Shown here: positions 34,645 to 48,262 of the stretch, piece after piece
Layout of the letters: every line of letters starts with the position of its first letter
Position numbering within the stretch: the first letter of the stretch is position 1
NCBI GenBank assembly: GCA_045837725.1
Contig: JBEWZL010000306.1
Coordinates: 62,001 to 126,000, forward strand
Direction: 5' to 3'
From: Vermamoeba vermiformis
Taxonomy: Eukaryota
DNA length: 64,000 nt
Notes under the pieces: generated by a model
What the model was told of the DNA's origin: nothing
The model's database searches: none
What the model saw: only the letters and a program-made list of their open reading frames with translations
Position numbers and translations under genes: made by a program

Positions 34645-37600
34645 ATGGCCACACCTGAAGCTAAGCCAACGGTTCCTACTGATTCTGGTGTTGGGGTAAG
34701 TATAGCATCTAGTTTGGCGGATAGCGATAAATATCAAAAAACAATTAATAATCGTATTCGCTATAATACCATTATAACAATAATATTTTTTATGTGGACG
34801 TATTAATTACTTGGCAGATTATTACTTTGGTAGTAACTCTGCATCGAATCAGAAATTTATTATTATTTTCAACTCAATACAATAACGTTTATTTCGCTTA
34901 TTTTATGGATAAATGTGGCTAATACAACGATAGCCGTTATTAATATTATTTTTATTTATTTTAGGCGCCCACTCCCATCCAATCCGAGGAGCAGATTCTT
35001 GATAGAATCAAAAAATGGCAACAATTAAACAGCAAACGATATGCCGAGAAAAGAAAGTTCGGCTATGTTGAACCTCAGAAAGAAGACATGCCTCCAGAGC
35101 ATCTGCGAAAAATTATCAAGGATCACGGTGACATGTCCAGCAAGAAATTCAGACGTGATAAGCGTGTATATTTGGGAGCTTTGAAATATATGCCTCACGC
35201 TATTATGAAACTCATGGAAAACATGCCAATGTAAGTATCATATCCGCGCCAATCTGATGCGTTAACCTCAAATTGTAAAATTATTTGCAGGTCATCTAAT
35301 ATTATTTTTTTCTTAGGCCTTGGGAAAATGTGCGTCACGTTAAGGTCCTTTACCACATTTCCGGCGCGATCACCTTTGTCAACGAAATCCCACGCGTCGT
35401 CGAGCCCGTGTACACCGCTCAATGGGGTACCATGTGGGTGATGATGCGAAGAGAAAAGAGAGATCGTAAGCACTTTAAGCGAATGCGCTTCCCTCCTTTT
35501 GACGACGAAGAACCTCCACTTGACTTTGGTGACAACATTTTGGACGTCGAGCCTCTCGATCCGATCCGCATTGATTTGGACGAAGAAGAAGACGCTCCCG
35601 TCCTCGAGTGGTTCTATGACCCCAAGCCACTCGTAGGCACTCCCTACGTCAATGGTTCCAGCTACAAGAAATGGCGATTGAACACTCCTATCCTCGCCAA
35701 CTTGTACCGCTTGGCCAACCAATTGATGAGCGATTTGGTCGACAAGAACTATTTCTACATGTTCGAAGAGAAGTCTTTCTTCACCGCAAAGGCACTCAAC
35801 AGCGCTATTCCTGGCGGTCCTAAATTCGAGCCTTTGTTCAGAGATTTGGAAGACAACGATGAAGATTGGAACGAGTTCAACGACATTAACAAGATCATCA
35901 TTCGTCACCAAATCAGAACCGAGTACAAGGTCGCGTTCCCGTACCTCTACAACGACAGACCCAGAAAGGTCTACTTGGCCTATTACCACCACCCACCCGT
36001 GTGCTACATTAAGGCCGACGATCCTGACTTGCCCGCGTTCTTCTTCGACCCCCTCATCAACCCCATTGTGTCAGTTAAGGGCAAGAAGAAAGCCAAGAAG
36101 GAAGAATCCGAAGAAGAGGAAGACGACTTTGAATTGCCCGAAGGAGTCAAGCCCTTGTTGAACCAAGACGACTTCGAAATGCCCAAGGGATTCAAGCCTT
36201 TGCTTCGCGAGAGTGTTCCCGACCTCTACACCGAAAACACTGCCGACGGTATTGCTCTTTACTGGGCTCCTAAGCCTTTCAACCAACGCTCGGGACGTAC
36301 TCGTCGTGTTCTCGACGTTCCTCTCGTCAAGACTTGGTACCAAGAGCGCTGCCCTGGAGACTACCCCGTCAAGGTCCGTGTCAGCTACCAAAAGCTGCTC
36401 AAGTGCTACGTCCTTAACAGACTGCACTTCCGACCTCCCAAGCCTAAGACCAAGAAGTCACTCTTCAAGGCTTTCAAGGCTACCAAGTTCTTCCAATCTA
36501 CAGAAATCGATTGGGTTGAAGCTGGTTTGCAAGTTTGCCGTCAAGGCTACAACATGTTGAACTTGCTTATTCACCGCAAGAACTTGAATTACTTGCATTT
36601 GGACTACAACTTCAACTTGAAGCCCATCAAGACTCTTACCACCAAAGAACGTAAGAAGTCTCGCTTCGGTAACGCTTTCCACTTGTTGCGAGAAATCTTG
36701 AAGTTGACTAAGCTCGTCCTCGACGCTCACGTGCAATATCGATTGGGCAACGTTGAAGCCTTCCAACTTGCGGACGCTATTCACTACACCTTCACTCACG
36801 TTGGTCACTTGACGGGCATGTACCGTTACAAGTACCGTTTGATGCGTCAAATCAGAATGTGCAAGGATCTCAAGCACTTGATCTACTACAGATTCAACAC
36901 TGGTCCAGTCGGCAAAGGTCCTGGTGTTGGTTTCTGGGCTCCTTCTTGGAGAGTCTGGCTCTTCTTCATGCGCGGCATTGTTCCGCTCTTGGAGAGATGG
37001 TTGGGCAACTTGCTTGCTCGTCAATTCGAAGGTCGTAAGTCTAAGGGCATTGCTAAGACTGTCACCAAGCAACGTGTCGAAAGTCACTACGATATCGAAC
37101 TTCGTGCCGCCGTCCTTCGTGATATCCTGGATATGATGCCCGAAGGCATTCGTCAAAACAAGGCCAAGACCATTCTGCAACACTTGAGCGAGGCTTGGAG
37201 ATGCTTCAAGGCCAACATTCCATGGAAAGTTCCTGGTTTGCCCGCTCCTGTCGAGAACATGATCTTGCGTTACGTCAAGGCCAAGGCTGACTGGTGGACG
37301 TCTGCTGCTCACTACAACAGAGAACGTGTCCGCCGTGGTGCCACCGTCGACAAGACCGTCGTCAAGAAGAACTTGGGTCGTCTGACTCGTTTGTGGTTGA
37401 AGGCTGAACAAGAGCGTCAATTCAACTACTTGAAGGACGGTCCTTACATCTCGCCCGAAGAAGCCGTTGCTATCTACACCACTACCGTGCATTGGTTGGA
37501 AAGCAGAAGATTCTCCCCGATTCCGTTCCCGCCACTCAGCTACAAGCACGACACCAAGCTCCTGATCTTGGCTCTCGAAAGATTGAAGGAAGCTTACGCC

Positions 37601-40600
37601 GTGAAGAGTCGCTTGAACCAACTTCAACGTGAAGAATTGTCGCTGATCGAACAAGCTTACGATAATCCTCACGAGACCCTCAGCAGAATCAAGCGTTTGT
37701 TGCTTACGCAAAGAACATTCAAAGAAGTTGGCATTGAATTTATGGACTTGTTCACGCACTTGATTCCTGTCTACGAAATCGAGCCGTTGGAGAAGATCAC
37801 CGATGCTTACCTCGATCAATACCTCTGGTACGAAGGTGAGAAGCGCAGACTTTTCCCGAGCTGGATCAAGCCCGCCGACAGCGAGCCTCCACCATTGTTG
37901 GTCTACAAATGGTGTCAAGGCATTAATAACTTGACGGACGTCTGGGATACCTCCAACGGAGAGTGCGTGGTGCTCATGCAATCCAAGTTCGACAAGTTGT
38001 ACGACAAGATCGACTTGACTTTCTTGAACAGACTTCTGCGCTTGATTGTCGATCACAATCTTGCTGATTACATGACCGCCAAGAACAACATCGTCATTGC
38101 CTACAAGGATATGATGCATACGAATCACTACGGTTTGATTCGCGGTCTTCAATTCGCTTCTTTCGTCGTGCAATATTATGCGCTGATTTTGGATATTTTG
38201 ATGTTGGGTCTCTCACGCGCCTCTGACTTGGCTGGTCCTGCTAACAAGCCTAACGACTTCTTGACCTTCCCTGACGTCGCTACCGAAACCAAGTCGCCAA
38301 TCAGACTCTACACCAGATACATCGACAGGTTCTGGATTTTGTTCCGCTTCACTCACGACGAGGCCAGAGACCTCATTCAACGTTACTTGACCGAGAACCC
38401 CGATCCTAACAACGAAAACATGGTTGGTTACAACAACAAGAAATGCTGGCCTCGTGACGCTCGTATGCGCCTGATGAAGCACGATGTCAACTTAGGCAGA
38501 GCCGTCTTCTGGAGCATCAAGAACAGTCTTCCTCCTTCATTGACAACTATTCAATGGGAAGACTCTTTCGTCTCCGTATACAGCAAGGATAACCCGAACT
38601 TGTTGTTCGATATGGGCGGATTTGAAGTCCGAATCTTGCCAAAGATCCGTGCCTTCAACGAAGAATTCACTTTGAAGGAAGGTGCCTGGAACTTGCAGAA
38701 CGAGAGAACCAAGGAAAGAACCGCACAAGCCTTCTTGCGCGTTGGTGACGACTCCCTACGCGTCTTCGAGAACCGTGTTCGTCAGATCTTGATGGCTTCC
38801 GGTAGCACTACCTTCACCAAGATTGCTAACAAGTGGAACACCGCTTTGATTGGTCTTATGACCTACTACCGTGAAGCCTCTGTTCACACGCCCGAGTTGC
38901 TCGATCTTCTCGTCAAGTGCGAAACCAAGATTCAGACTCGTATCAAGATCGGTTTGAACTCTAAGATGCCTAGCCGTTTCCCTCCTGTGGTCTTCTACAC
39001 TCCTAAGGAATTGGGTGGTCTTGGTATGCTTTCTATGGGTCACGTCTTGATCCCTCAATCCGATCTGAAGTACGCCAAGCTTACTGAGCGTGAGACTTCC
39101 CACTACCGCGCTGGTATGAGCCACGAAGAAGGTCAACTCATTCCCAACTTGTACCGCTACATTCAACCTTGGGAACAAGAGTTCCAAGACTCACTCCGTG
39201 TCTGGGCCGAGTACGCCATCAAGAGAGACGAGGCCATGAGCCAGAACAGACGTCTTACCTTGGAAGATTTGGAAGACTCGTGGGACAAGGGTATTCCTCG
39301 TATCAACACCTTGTTCCAGAAGGATCGTCACGTCTTGGCCTACGACAAGGGCTGGAGAGTTCGAACTGAATTCAAGGCCTACCAAGTCCTCAAGCAGAAC
39401 CCCTTCTGGTGGACTCATCAACGTCACGACGGCAAGTTGTGGAACTTGAACAACTACCGTACCGATATGATTCAAGCTCTTGGTGGTGTCGAAGGTATTC
39501 TCGAACACACTCTCTTCAAGGGCACTGGTTTCCCTACTTGGGAAGGTCTCTTCTGGGAGAAGGCCTCTGGTTTCGAAGAGTCCATGAAATACAAGAAGCT
39601 GACCAACGCCCAACGTATGGGTCTCAATCAGATTCCCAACCGTCGTTTCACTTTGTGGTGGTCTCCTACCATCAACAGAGCCAACGTCTACGTCGGTTTC
39701 CAAGTGCAGCTCGATCTTACTGGTATTTTCATGCACGGTAAAATCCCCACGTTGAAGATCTCGCTGATTCAGATCTTCCGTGCTCACTTGTGGCAGAAGA
39801 TCCACGAAAGTGTTGTCATGGATCTTTGTCAAGTCTTCGATCAAGCTTTGGACTCGTTGGAAGTCGAAACCGTTCAGAAGGAAACTATTCACCCGAGAAA
39901 GTCCTACAAGATGAACAGCTCTTGCGCCGATATCTTGCTCTTCGCTGCCTACAAGTGGCAAGTCTCGAAGCCTTCGCTCTTGACCGACACCAACGACTCG
40001 TTCGACTACGGAACTACAACTAAGTACTGGGTCGACGTTCAACTCAGATGGGGAGACTTTGATTCCCACGACATTGAACGTTACAGCAGATCTCACTTCT
40101 TGGACTACACCACGGATAACGTCTCCATCTATCCTTCACCCACTGGTTGCTTGATTGGTATCGATCTTGCCTACAACGCTCACTCTGGCTACGGTAACTG
40201 GTTCCCTGGTGCCAAGCCGTTGATCTCTCAGGCTATGTCCAAGATCATGAAGGCCAACCCTGCTCTCTACGTCTTGCGAGAACGTATCAGAAAGGCCCTT
40301 CAATTGTACTCGTCCGAGCCTACTGAACCCTACTTGAACTCTCAGAACTACGGAGAGTTGTTCAGCAACCAGATCATTTGGTTCGTCGACGACACCAACG
40401 TGTATCGTGTTACCATCCACAAGACCTTCGAAGGTAACTTGACCACTAAGCCCATCAACGGTGCCATCTTCATCTTCAACCCGAGAACTGGTCAATTGTT
40501 CTTGAAGATCATTCACACCTCCGTCTGGGCTGGTCAAAAGCGTTTGGGTCAATTGGCCAAGTGGAAGACCGCCGAAGAAGTTGCTGCTCTCATTCGCTCC

Positions 40601-42070
40601 TTGCCCGTCGAAGAACAGCCCAAGCAAATCATCGTCACCCGTAAGGGTATGTTGGATCCGCTCGAAGTCCACTTGCTCTCCTTCCCCAACATCGTCATCA
40701 AGGGAAGTGACTTGCAATTGCCGTTCCAAGCCTGCTTGAAGATCGAGAAGCTCGGTGACTTGGTACTTCGCGCCACTGAGCCTCAGATGGTCTTGTTCAA
40801 CTTGTACGACGACTGGTTGCAATCCATCTCGTCTTACACTGCCTTCTCTCGTCTCATTTTGATCTTGAGAGCTCTTCACGTCAACACTGACCGCGCGAAG
40901 GAAGTTTTGAGACCGCACAAGGACGTCATCACTGAACCTCACCACATCTGGCCCACTTTGTCCAACGACGAATGGATCAAGGTCGAAGTCGCCTTGAAGA
41001 ACTTGATCTTGGCTGACTATGGCAAGAAGAACAACGTTAACGTGACTTCATTGACTCAATCTGAAATCCGTGACATCATCTTGGGTGCTGAGATTGCTCC
41101 TCCTTCTGAGCAACGTAACGAGATTGCTGAAATTGAGAAGCAAGCCCGCGAAGCCTCTCAATTGACTGCCGTTACTACCAAGACGGTTAACAAGCACGGA
41201 GATGAGATCGTTGTTACTACCACCAGTCCTCACGAGCAGAAGATCTTCTCATCCAAGACCGACTGGAGAGTTCGCGCCATTTCTTCGACTACTCTTCACT
41301 TGCGTACTGGCCACATCTACGTCAACTCCGATGAGGTCAACGAAGAAGGCTACACCTACGTCATGCCTAAGAACATTCTCAAGAAGTTCATCACCATTTC
41401 TGATCTTCGTACTCAAGTTGCCGGTTACATGTTCGGTGTTTCTCCTCCAGGCAACAATCAAGTGAAAGAAATCCGTTGCATTGTCATGCCACCTCAATGG
41501 GGTACTCACTCCTTCGTTCAGTTGCCCAACAGCATCCCAGATCACGAGTTGTTGCGCGACCTCGAACCATTGGGCTGGTTGCACACTCAACCCTCCGAGT
41601 TGCCTCAAATGGCTCCCTCTGATGTCATCACCCACGCCAAGTTACTCTCGGAGAATACCACCTGGGATCCCAAATCTATCTGCGTCACGGTCAGCTTGCC
41701 TGGTGCTTCTGCCTCGTTGACTGCTTACCGCTTGACTCCTGGTGGCTTCGAATGGGGTCGACAGAACGTCAACAGCGAGCGCGAACAGAACTACCAAGGC
41801 TACAAACCTTCATTCTACGATCGCGCACCCTTGCTCTTGTCTGATCGTTTCTTGGGCTTCTTCATGGTTCCTGATGTCGGCAGCTGGAACTTCAACTTCA
41901 TGAGCGTCAACCACAGCGTTAACATGAAGTATAACTTGACCTTGGGCATTCCTAAAGATTTCTACAATGAGAGTCACCGTCCTGCTCATTTCTTGAACTT
42001 CTCAGAGATGGAGAGCACTGCTACCACCGAGGGAGGCGATAATGTTGATCAAGAAGATTTGTTCTCCTAA
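34645..42070 (+). CDS. PRP8: Pre-mRNA splicing factor Prp8
   Basis: Characteristic Prp8 motifs throughout ([43 protein letters not shown]); introns 34696-34964 and 35231-35316. Confidence 0.99.
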
Positions 42071-42619
42071 TTGCAAAAATTTCCGTTGTAAATCCTTAAT
42101 TGTGCCAATAAAGAAAAATAATCTTGTAATAATCTTCGCTGACAAGCGTCAAAATTAATTCAGTAACGATCGAACCGCATGATATACCTCTCGGATAAAA
42201 AGTTTCAGCAGTAGTACGTTGGTAGCTATCCTGCGGAGCTGCTCCGATGTTTTTGCAAAGAGTATACTTCCTGGGATCGAATCTGCTACTTTTCTTGAAA
42301 TTCTAACCGGAAGATTACCAGCAGACCTATGCCTGAAGTCCTCGTGGTGATCATAACTCATTGAGAAGCACAAAATCGAACGCTGAACGGTACAAAATGA
42401 AGGAAATCTCGAGCAAATTCGCAATTTTATGAACGCAAATTTTTTCTCTCCCAGTTCCTCAACCGAACCTCTGATTACCAGCACAAAAGACTATTAGCTT
42501 TGAAGAGGAAGAATAGTACTTTATTGGTTTCGTAGGCTTTCTTGGGTTTTATTTGCCGACAGTGCCAATACTTATCAGATTAGCCAAGAAAGAGTTTGAT
42601 TCAGCGCGAAGTTCATATA

Positions 42620-45467
42620 ATGTTATCCTCAGAGTACTACGCGCATAATGGTGCGTATAGAATATAATTACAGCTGAAAGATTGATCCGAATTATAATTT
42701 AAATCTTATCAACTTGAAATTTTGTTCTAATAATCCAGAATCGAACCAGTAATATGGTTACAATGATATCATAATATCGATTATTTAATTATTACATCGG
42801 AATAATACATACAGTTTTGATTTTAATTAATTTCGAATCAGATGGGTTTGGCGAACCTTTTGATAATGGAAATTTAATACACAATACGCTACTCGCCGAA
42901 GGTGTAGCAGATACAATGAATGGACAATACGCCGTAATGGACTCAGGAGGATCATACTCAGACTCGCCTGATGGTTCACCGACTGACAATGGAACACCAC
43001 CTGGTGCAGGCCTCGCAGGGTAAGTAGTCAAACAATTTCACATACACACTATAATATGATATGGCGCGAGTCAGCACGCGTTTTGTGAACTGCAAGCGCA
43101 AAAGCGCCCGACTACCAAATCTGGTTCAAACTCCGATCAACTTGTGTTTCGTATTTTGAACGCACTAAACTCATATTATCTTTACAGCTATGCCAGGTCA
43201 TCATCTCGCTCGAATAGCGGTACTTTCGAAATGACCGTAATCTTGCTGCATAAACCGCGAGGATCGAAAGGTGTTTGGGAGAAAGTTTTGGATGGAGACG
43301 TTCTGCGAGTAACTAGAGTAAGATTTTATTTTGTGCCACTCTTATTATACAAAAATAGTTCAATATTTGCAAAGCCGATTGTTTTTTTTGGTTTTGGATT
43401 CAAATCTTACTCGCGGAATTTCTATCTTTTGGTACGCTTAAAGCCGCTTTAATTATTGTCAGCGGTGAAAAATGCGCTACTAATCTATTTACAATTTACT
43501 TATTTGAGGTTTTTAACTAACGCACGTGCCTTTGTAGGAGAAAGGAAAACGACTCAAATTACAATGCAGAAGCGAATTTCCATTCGATTATAACAACGTT
43601 AGCATCTATGTCGTAGATTTGGTTAATATGGAAGTCTGCAATGACGGCGTTACGGTAGAGGTAAGTATCAGCCGGCTGAATCCATTAAAATTTTTAATTT
43701 TGTGTCAACTCCTGACAATTTACTTTGAGCCATAAGTGTTCAGTATCTTGTGCGATATTCGGGCAAATGATTTTGCGCATTTTATTTGCAAAACAATTTA
43801 AATTTTCCTTTTATGGTCAAGTTAAAAATAGGGATTTAACCTTCCGTTCATGAACAGAAAGTGACGGCTGATACCACCTCACAACCTGAGTTCGTTATTG
43901 AAATGGAGATCAAGCTCTTCGTTGCTCGCAAGCGGGTTCAACTCACCGTTCAAGCTCCCTTGCGCAACGAGGAAGGAGAAATTGCCGGTCGCACGATCCA
44001 ATTCAAAACTACTAGCAGTGGTGGTGCTATGAAGTAAGTGACTAATCAATATTAGTACCAAGTTCATAAGTCTAACGAACGCTATAGGCCAATGTCGCCA
44101 GCTAATGACAGCGAACACAACGGATCGGATCAAGATGCCTCACCGACCCATGTGCCTAACTACGGCAGAGAGATGCCTCCTCTTCCTCTGCCTCCCGCCA
44201 AGCGCAGACGTGTGGATTCACCGCCTTCTAAGACTGAACCTGACCGCGAGCCTGGTTACACAAGCGCTCACTTGAAAGAGGAGCACGCGATCTCAAACCA
44301 AGCACCTCTCCCGCCTCAAATGGCCCACCAAGCACCGCCGCAACATTATTATAACCCTCATTCAAACGCTATGGACATGAGCAGCACTAGCGTCGCTCCC
44401 ACAATACCGAATCCAGTTCCCAACCAACACGTCATGAACAGTTATAGTGCCCCCCCCTCAACCCGCTGTTAACCCTATGCACTATAGCATTGAAGCACAG
44501 CCCGTTACAGTGGTTCCTAACAGTTTGGACGTCCGCGGCGCCGTTCGAGCGAAAGCTTTCTACCAACTCAGTGACATCCGACTGAAGTTTGACGTGGAAG
44601 AAATCGTCGATGCCTTGACTATTGTGTCTAACTTGGAAGGCAAGACATACAAGTGGAAGAACAACACACCCGAAAGCGAGGAGCACGGTGGCAAGCGCGT
44701 TATTGGTTTTATTGCGCAACAAGTACAAGAGGTCCTGCCTGAAGCTGTGCGCGAAGAAGAAGACGGCTATTTGGCCGTGAACTACGAGTCTATGATTCCA
44801 GTGCTCGTAGAGGCCATGAAACAACACCTGCAAGAGTACCAGACGGACAAGATGGACTTCCAAGACCAACTGGATGATCTTCGCACTCAATTGGATGAAG
44901 GCGCGAACAAGAGCGATGATATGCACAAATTTTTGAAACACTTGCAAGAGCTGATGAAATCTAAGAAACTTACCTTCGCATCTCCAAGACCGAAAGAATC
45001 GAAGAAGAGCAAGTTAAAGCGAATGTTATATAGCAAAAAGTTCCACATTGCCGGTGGTATTGTTGCCGGCCTATTCATTGCAGTCGGCTTGGCTTTGATT
45101 ATCTTCAACAACGTCGTCAACTTGCCCGCGTTGAGTAAGTGTTGCCTACGATAAATCTTTGTCCTATGCGGTACTAACGGTGTGAAACTTAGGCGGACAA
45201 ACAGTTGCCAGTGCTATTCCTGCAGTCAACTTCCTTGGGGGTGTTTCAGCAAAGCCTCCAGCCGTAGGCAAACCTCCCACTGCCCCTTCACCAACCACCC
45301 CAACCAGCACGCCAACCACCACAGCCCCAGATGGATCTATCATAAGCGAACCAGCGTTAAACGATGTATATATTGCGTTGAATGTCGTTGGCAGTATTTT
45401 GCTGTGTCTTGGCATAGCGCTCGGTGTAACAGTAGTCGTTTTTTTCGTCAAAGCACGAAATCGTTAA
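42620..45467 (+). CDS. MYRF-like membrane-tethered protein with peptidase S74 (intramolecular chaperone autocleavage) domain; apparent frameshift at 44450-44457
   Basis: YQLSDIRLK (S-D-x-R-x-K), IGFIAQQVQEVLPEAV, LAVNYESMIPVLVEAMK, coiled coil, two TM segments; upstream NLS-like PPAKRRR and a compact N-terminal domain. Confidence 0.75.
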
Positions 45468-45562
45468 TTATAGAATTGTACAAAGAATAAAACCCTGTAA
45501 TATAGCTTTTATTATCGAATATACAAGCCTTGTTGATTAGATGAAGGATGCATCCATCCATA

Positions 45563-48262
45563 TTAATCCAATTTAACATCTTTGTGGCGCCATAAATGCA
45601 GCAGATCTCGTAAGAAAGCTCGTTCAAATTTGTATCTGAAAGCATAAAGTGCATAAGTATCGTGCTATAATAAATATAACTAACGAAGATACTGAAAGAT
45701 ACGTACACAGCGGCAATTGTGATCAAAAAACTCACTGCGCCGATGCCAATATGTGAGCTGCACTTGTAAAACGACGGAAAGGGTTGATTTTGATTACATA
45801 ACTGTGACTCTGAGATGTACGTCACTATTGAAGCTAATGTAAACGTGATGAAAACACTCTTTGGTGGCACCAGATCCGCCAACAACGCGACTTTGTACTG
45901 CAATGAGAATAAGACATAATCGTCGGCAACATGTTTGAGTTTCCTATCTTTACCTTTGCAAAAAAATATTTGATGAATTCTACGCTGAATATGATCCTCA
46001 TGCCCATATCTGTTCAAATGGCGAATTAGTAAATTAAGAATTTAAACGTAATGAGGGAATAGCTCCAATTAAGGTAAGTCTATATATGTTAGCGTATATT
46101 ACGTACTAATGCAATTGGCGATGACTAAGCCGGAAGTTTCCATTACTTTGATCAAAAAGATGGCTGCACTGACGTAAACAATCGAAAACAAGAGCATTAA
46201 GCGGTTAAATCGTTGGATCTGCTTTTTATCCGCCACAGAATGGGCGAACGCTTCGGTAATGCCTATAATAGTAATTTTGAGTTAATTTCTATAATTAGGT
46301 TCGAAAGATCTGTCAGATCCTTCCCGAAGAGTTATTTTTACATTGCCGATAATTATGGCGCCTGTGATATTTAGGTTACAATGAAATATATGTAGTTACC
46401 ATTGACGCCCATGAACAGCACATATAAGCAGTACCACGATAGAACGGACGTGGCTGCCGAGTAACTGTAGTTACTTCCATAAAGCAGATGTAGCAAGATG
46501 AACGAGTAATTAGGTCCAAATGCAACGAAATAGATACCTGTAAGTAAGTTTATAGAAGTTAGCGCCAATTCTTTTCGAGAGTGATAGCGCAATGAGATCT
46601 ATCAAGCGAAATCCTTACCGACATAGACAACAACTTTAAATAGTGTTCTGAATAATACTTGAGCCTTAAGTACGTTATTACGAGTCTCTTTTGTTTCTTC
46701 AGCTGTTTTAGAAGCAAGATCTGAGTATCGCGTACTGGATTGAATTCGAATCACATCATGTTTCTAATTATTACTTACCTTTTGTTTCAACCGCATTAGT
46801 ATTCGACAAGAGTTTTCCGAATACTTGATAGCAGACCTCTTCAATAGGTTGAAATAAAAATCGAGCCACGAGAGATCCTGCCCAACGGTGGTAAGTCTTA
46901 GATCTGCTTCCAATTGTGAGCTTACCAAAGAAATTGACCACTCCAAATATGCCTTGGTTAACGAGACTAGTCACAGACTTTAATATGACCTTTTCGGCTT
47001 CTTGCAAGATCAACTTTTGAAACGATTGCCATAAGAAGCTGAGACTAAGGCCAACTAATTGAGGATCGAATATAGGACCTCTATTATTGCCAGATAATGC
47101 AGGCAATAGTTGTTTAACTGAAGTAAGTTCTTTGTTCTTGCCTGACCAGATCTCGAGAATAAAGTGGCCGTAATACCCAACGATAAGCGTTAATGAGTAG
47201 ATTATCTGCGCGTATCCGAATGATATTAAGCTCATCTATATTAGGAAGCCATTAGTTCCAGAACTTTAGAGCCACATCCAAACTCCAGTACAAAACTGCG
47301 CATCCGGGAAGAAAAATATATTTCAATAAGACTAATGTACTTACGTTGAACGTATAGACTAGTACAAATGTAGTTATGCACTTGAGAAAGACCGCAGAGG
47401 CCTCAACGCGTACCCGCACCGAGAACAGCATTGAGTTCTGCGCTAGAATATAACCTGGCTCACTAAGTACTTCTAAAAATGTAGCTATACCTATAGTATA
47501 GCATTAGGACGTAAGCAGGGTTTGAAATTGAGATCTGGATCTTACAAGTTAAACCAACAGTTGCGAAGTAGTCTTCAGTGGCCTTTTCTTCTTGAGTGGC
47601 CATTAAAAAGAACATATAACAGACTATAGTCGATACTATAGCACCTAATGGCACGCTAAGCCATGCAACATTCAGTACTTTTGAGATCTCGGATCTACGC
47701 GACAAAATCAGTCTACCAGTGCTTACACCATGTTATATGAATCATATGATACTAATAATAGTATATAAAAAGAGGTTTGATGGAGTTCTTACCGTTTAAT
47801 GTTGCCTTGGTCTGAGGATCTGCCGCAAGCTTTACGGAAAGCCTCTCGTGATAAAAACAAGATCATATTGAGTAATAGTTGTAATTGTACATTAGAGACC
47901 TATGATAAATAAGAGGAACAATTTAGCATTAAAATAACGGGAGTGAAAATCCAGATCTACTTACGCCGATGATTGATTGCGGTAGTTTCTTGGTAATTAG
48001 TATATTTAATCCAAAAGTAAGACCTCTTGATATGAGTTGAAGGCCTATTAAAACGGCATACAGTTATGTAAGTGACACGTCAACAAAAAAATAAACTAAA
48101 AATTCCAATTTGCTTAGAAATTGCATAATGTAGTTAATAATTCTATAATATTGATTATACAACTATAATCTAATTTTAGAAAATAAATTGAAGCTACCTA
48201 CCGACGAGTGCGCGGATCCCGCTAACACCTTTCCCCACAATGTTGCTTTGCTCCGCACTCAT
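45563..48262 (-). CDS. RFT1: Rft1 (Man5GlcNAc2-PP-dolichol translocation factor)
   Basis: LQLISRGLTFGLN, LFLSREAFRKA, QSFQKLILQEAEK, GSLVARFLFQPIEE, FMGVNGITEAF, GLVIANCI; multi-exon. Confidence 0.9.

Noticed and set aside
35195-41635. Long antisense ORFs over PRP8 (up to 571 aa)
   Set aside because: Explained by PRP8 codon bias, which avoids TTA/CTA/TCA and so removes antisense stops; no recognisable protein.
35317-42070. PRP8 intein, as found in some fungi and protists
   Set aside because: The protein has normal length and is continuous through [16 protein letters not shown]; no intein or homing endonuclease insertion is visible.
42155-42484. 109-aa minus-strand ORF between PRP8 and the S74 gene
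   Set aside because: Non-ATG start, no motif or exon support.
45448-46017. 189-aa ORF as an independent gene
   Set aside because: It is an RFT1 exon read through flanking introns and UTR.
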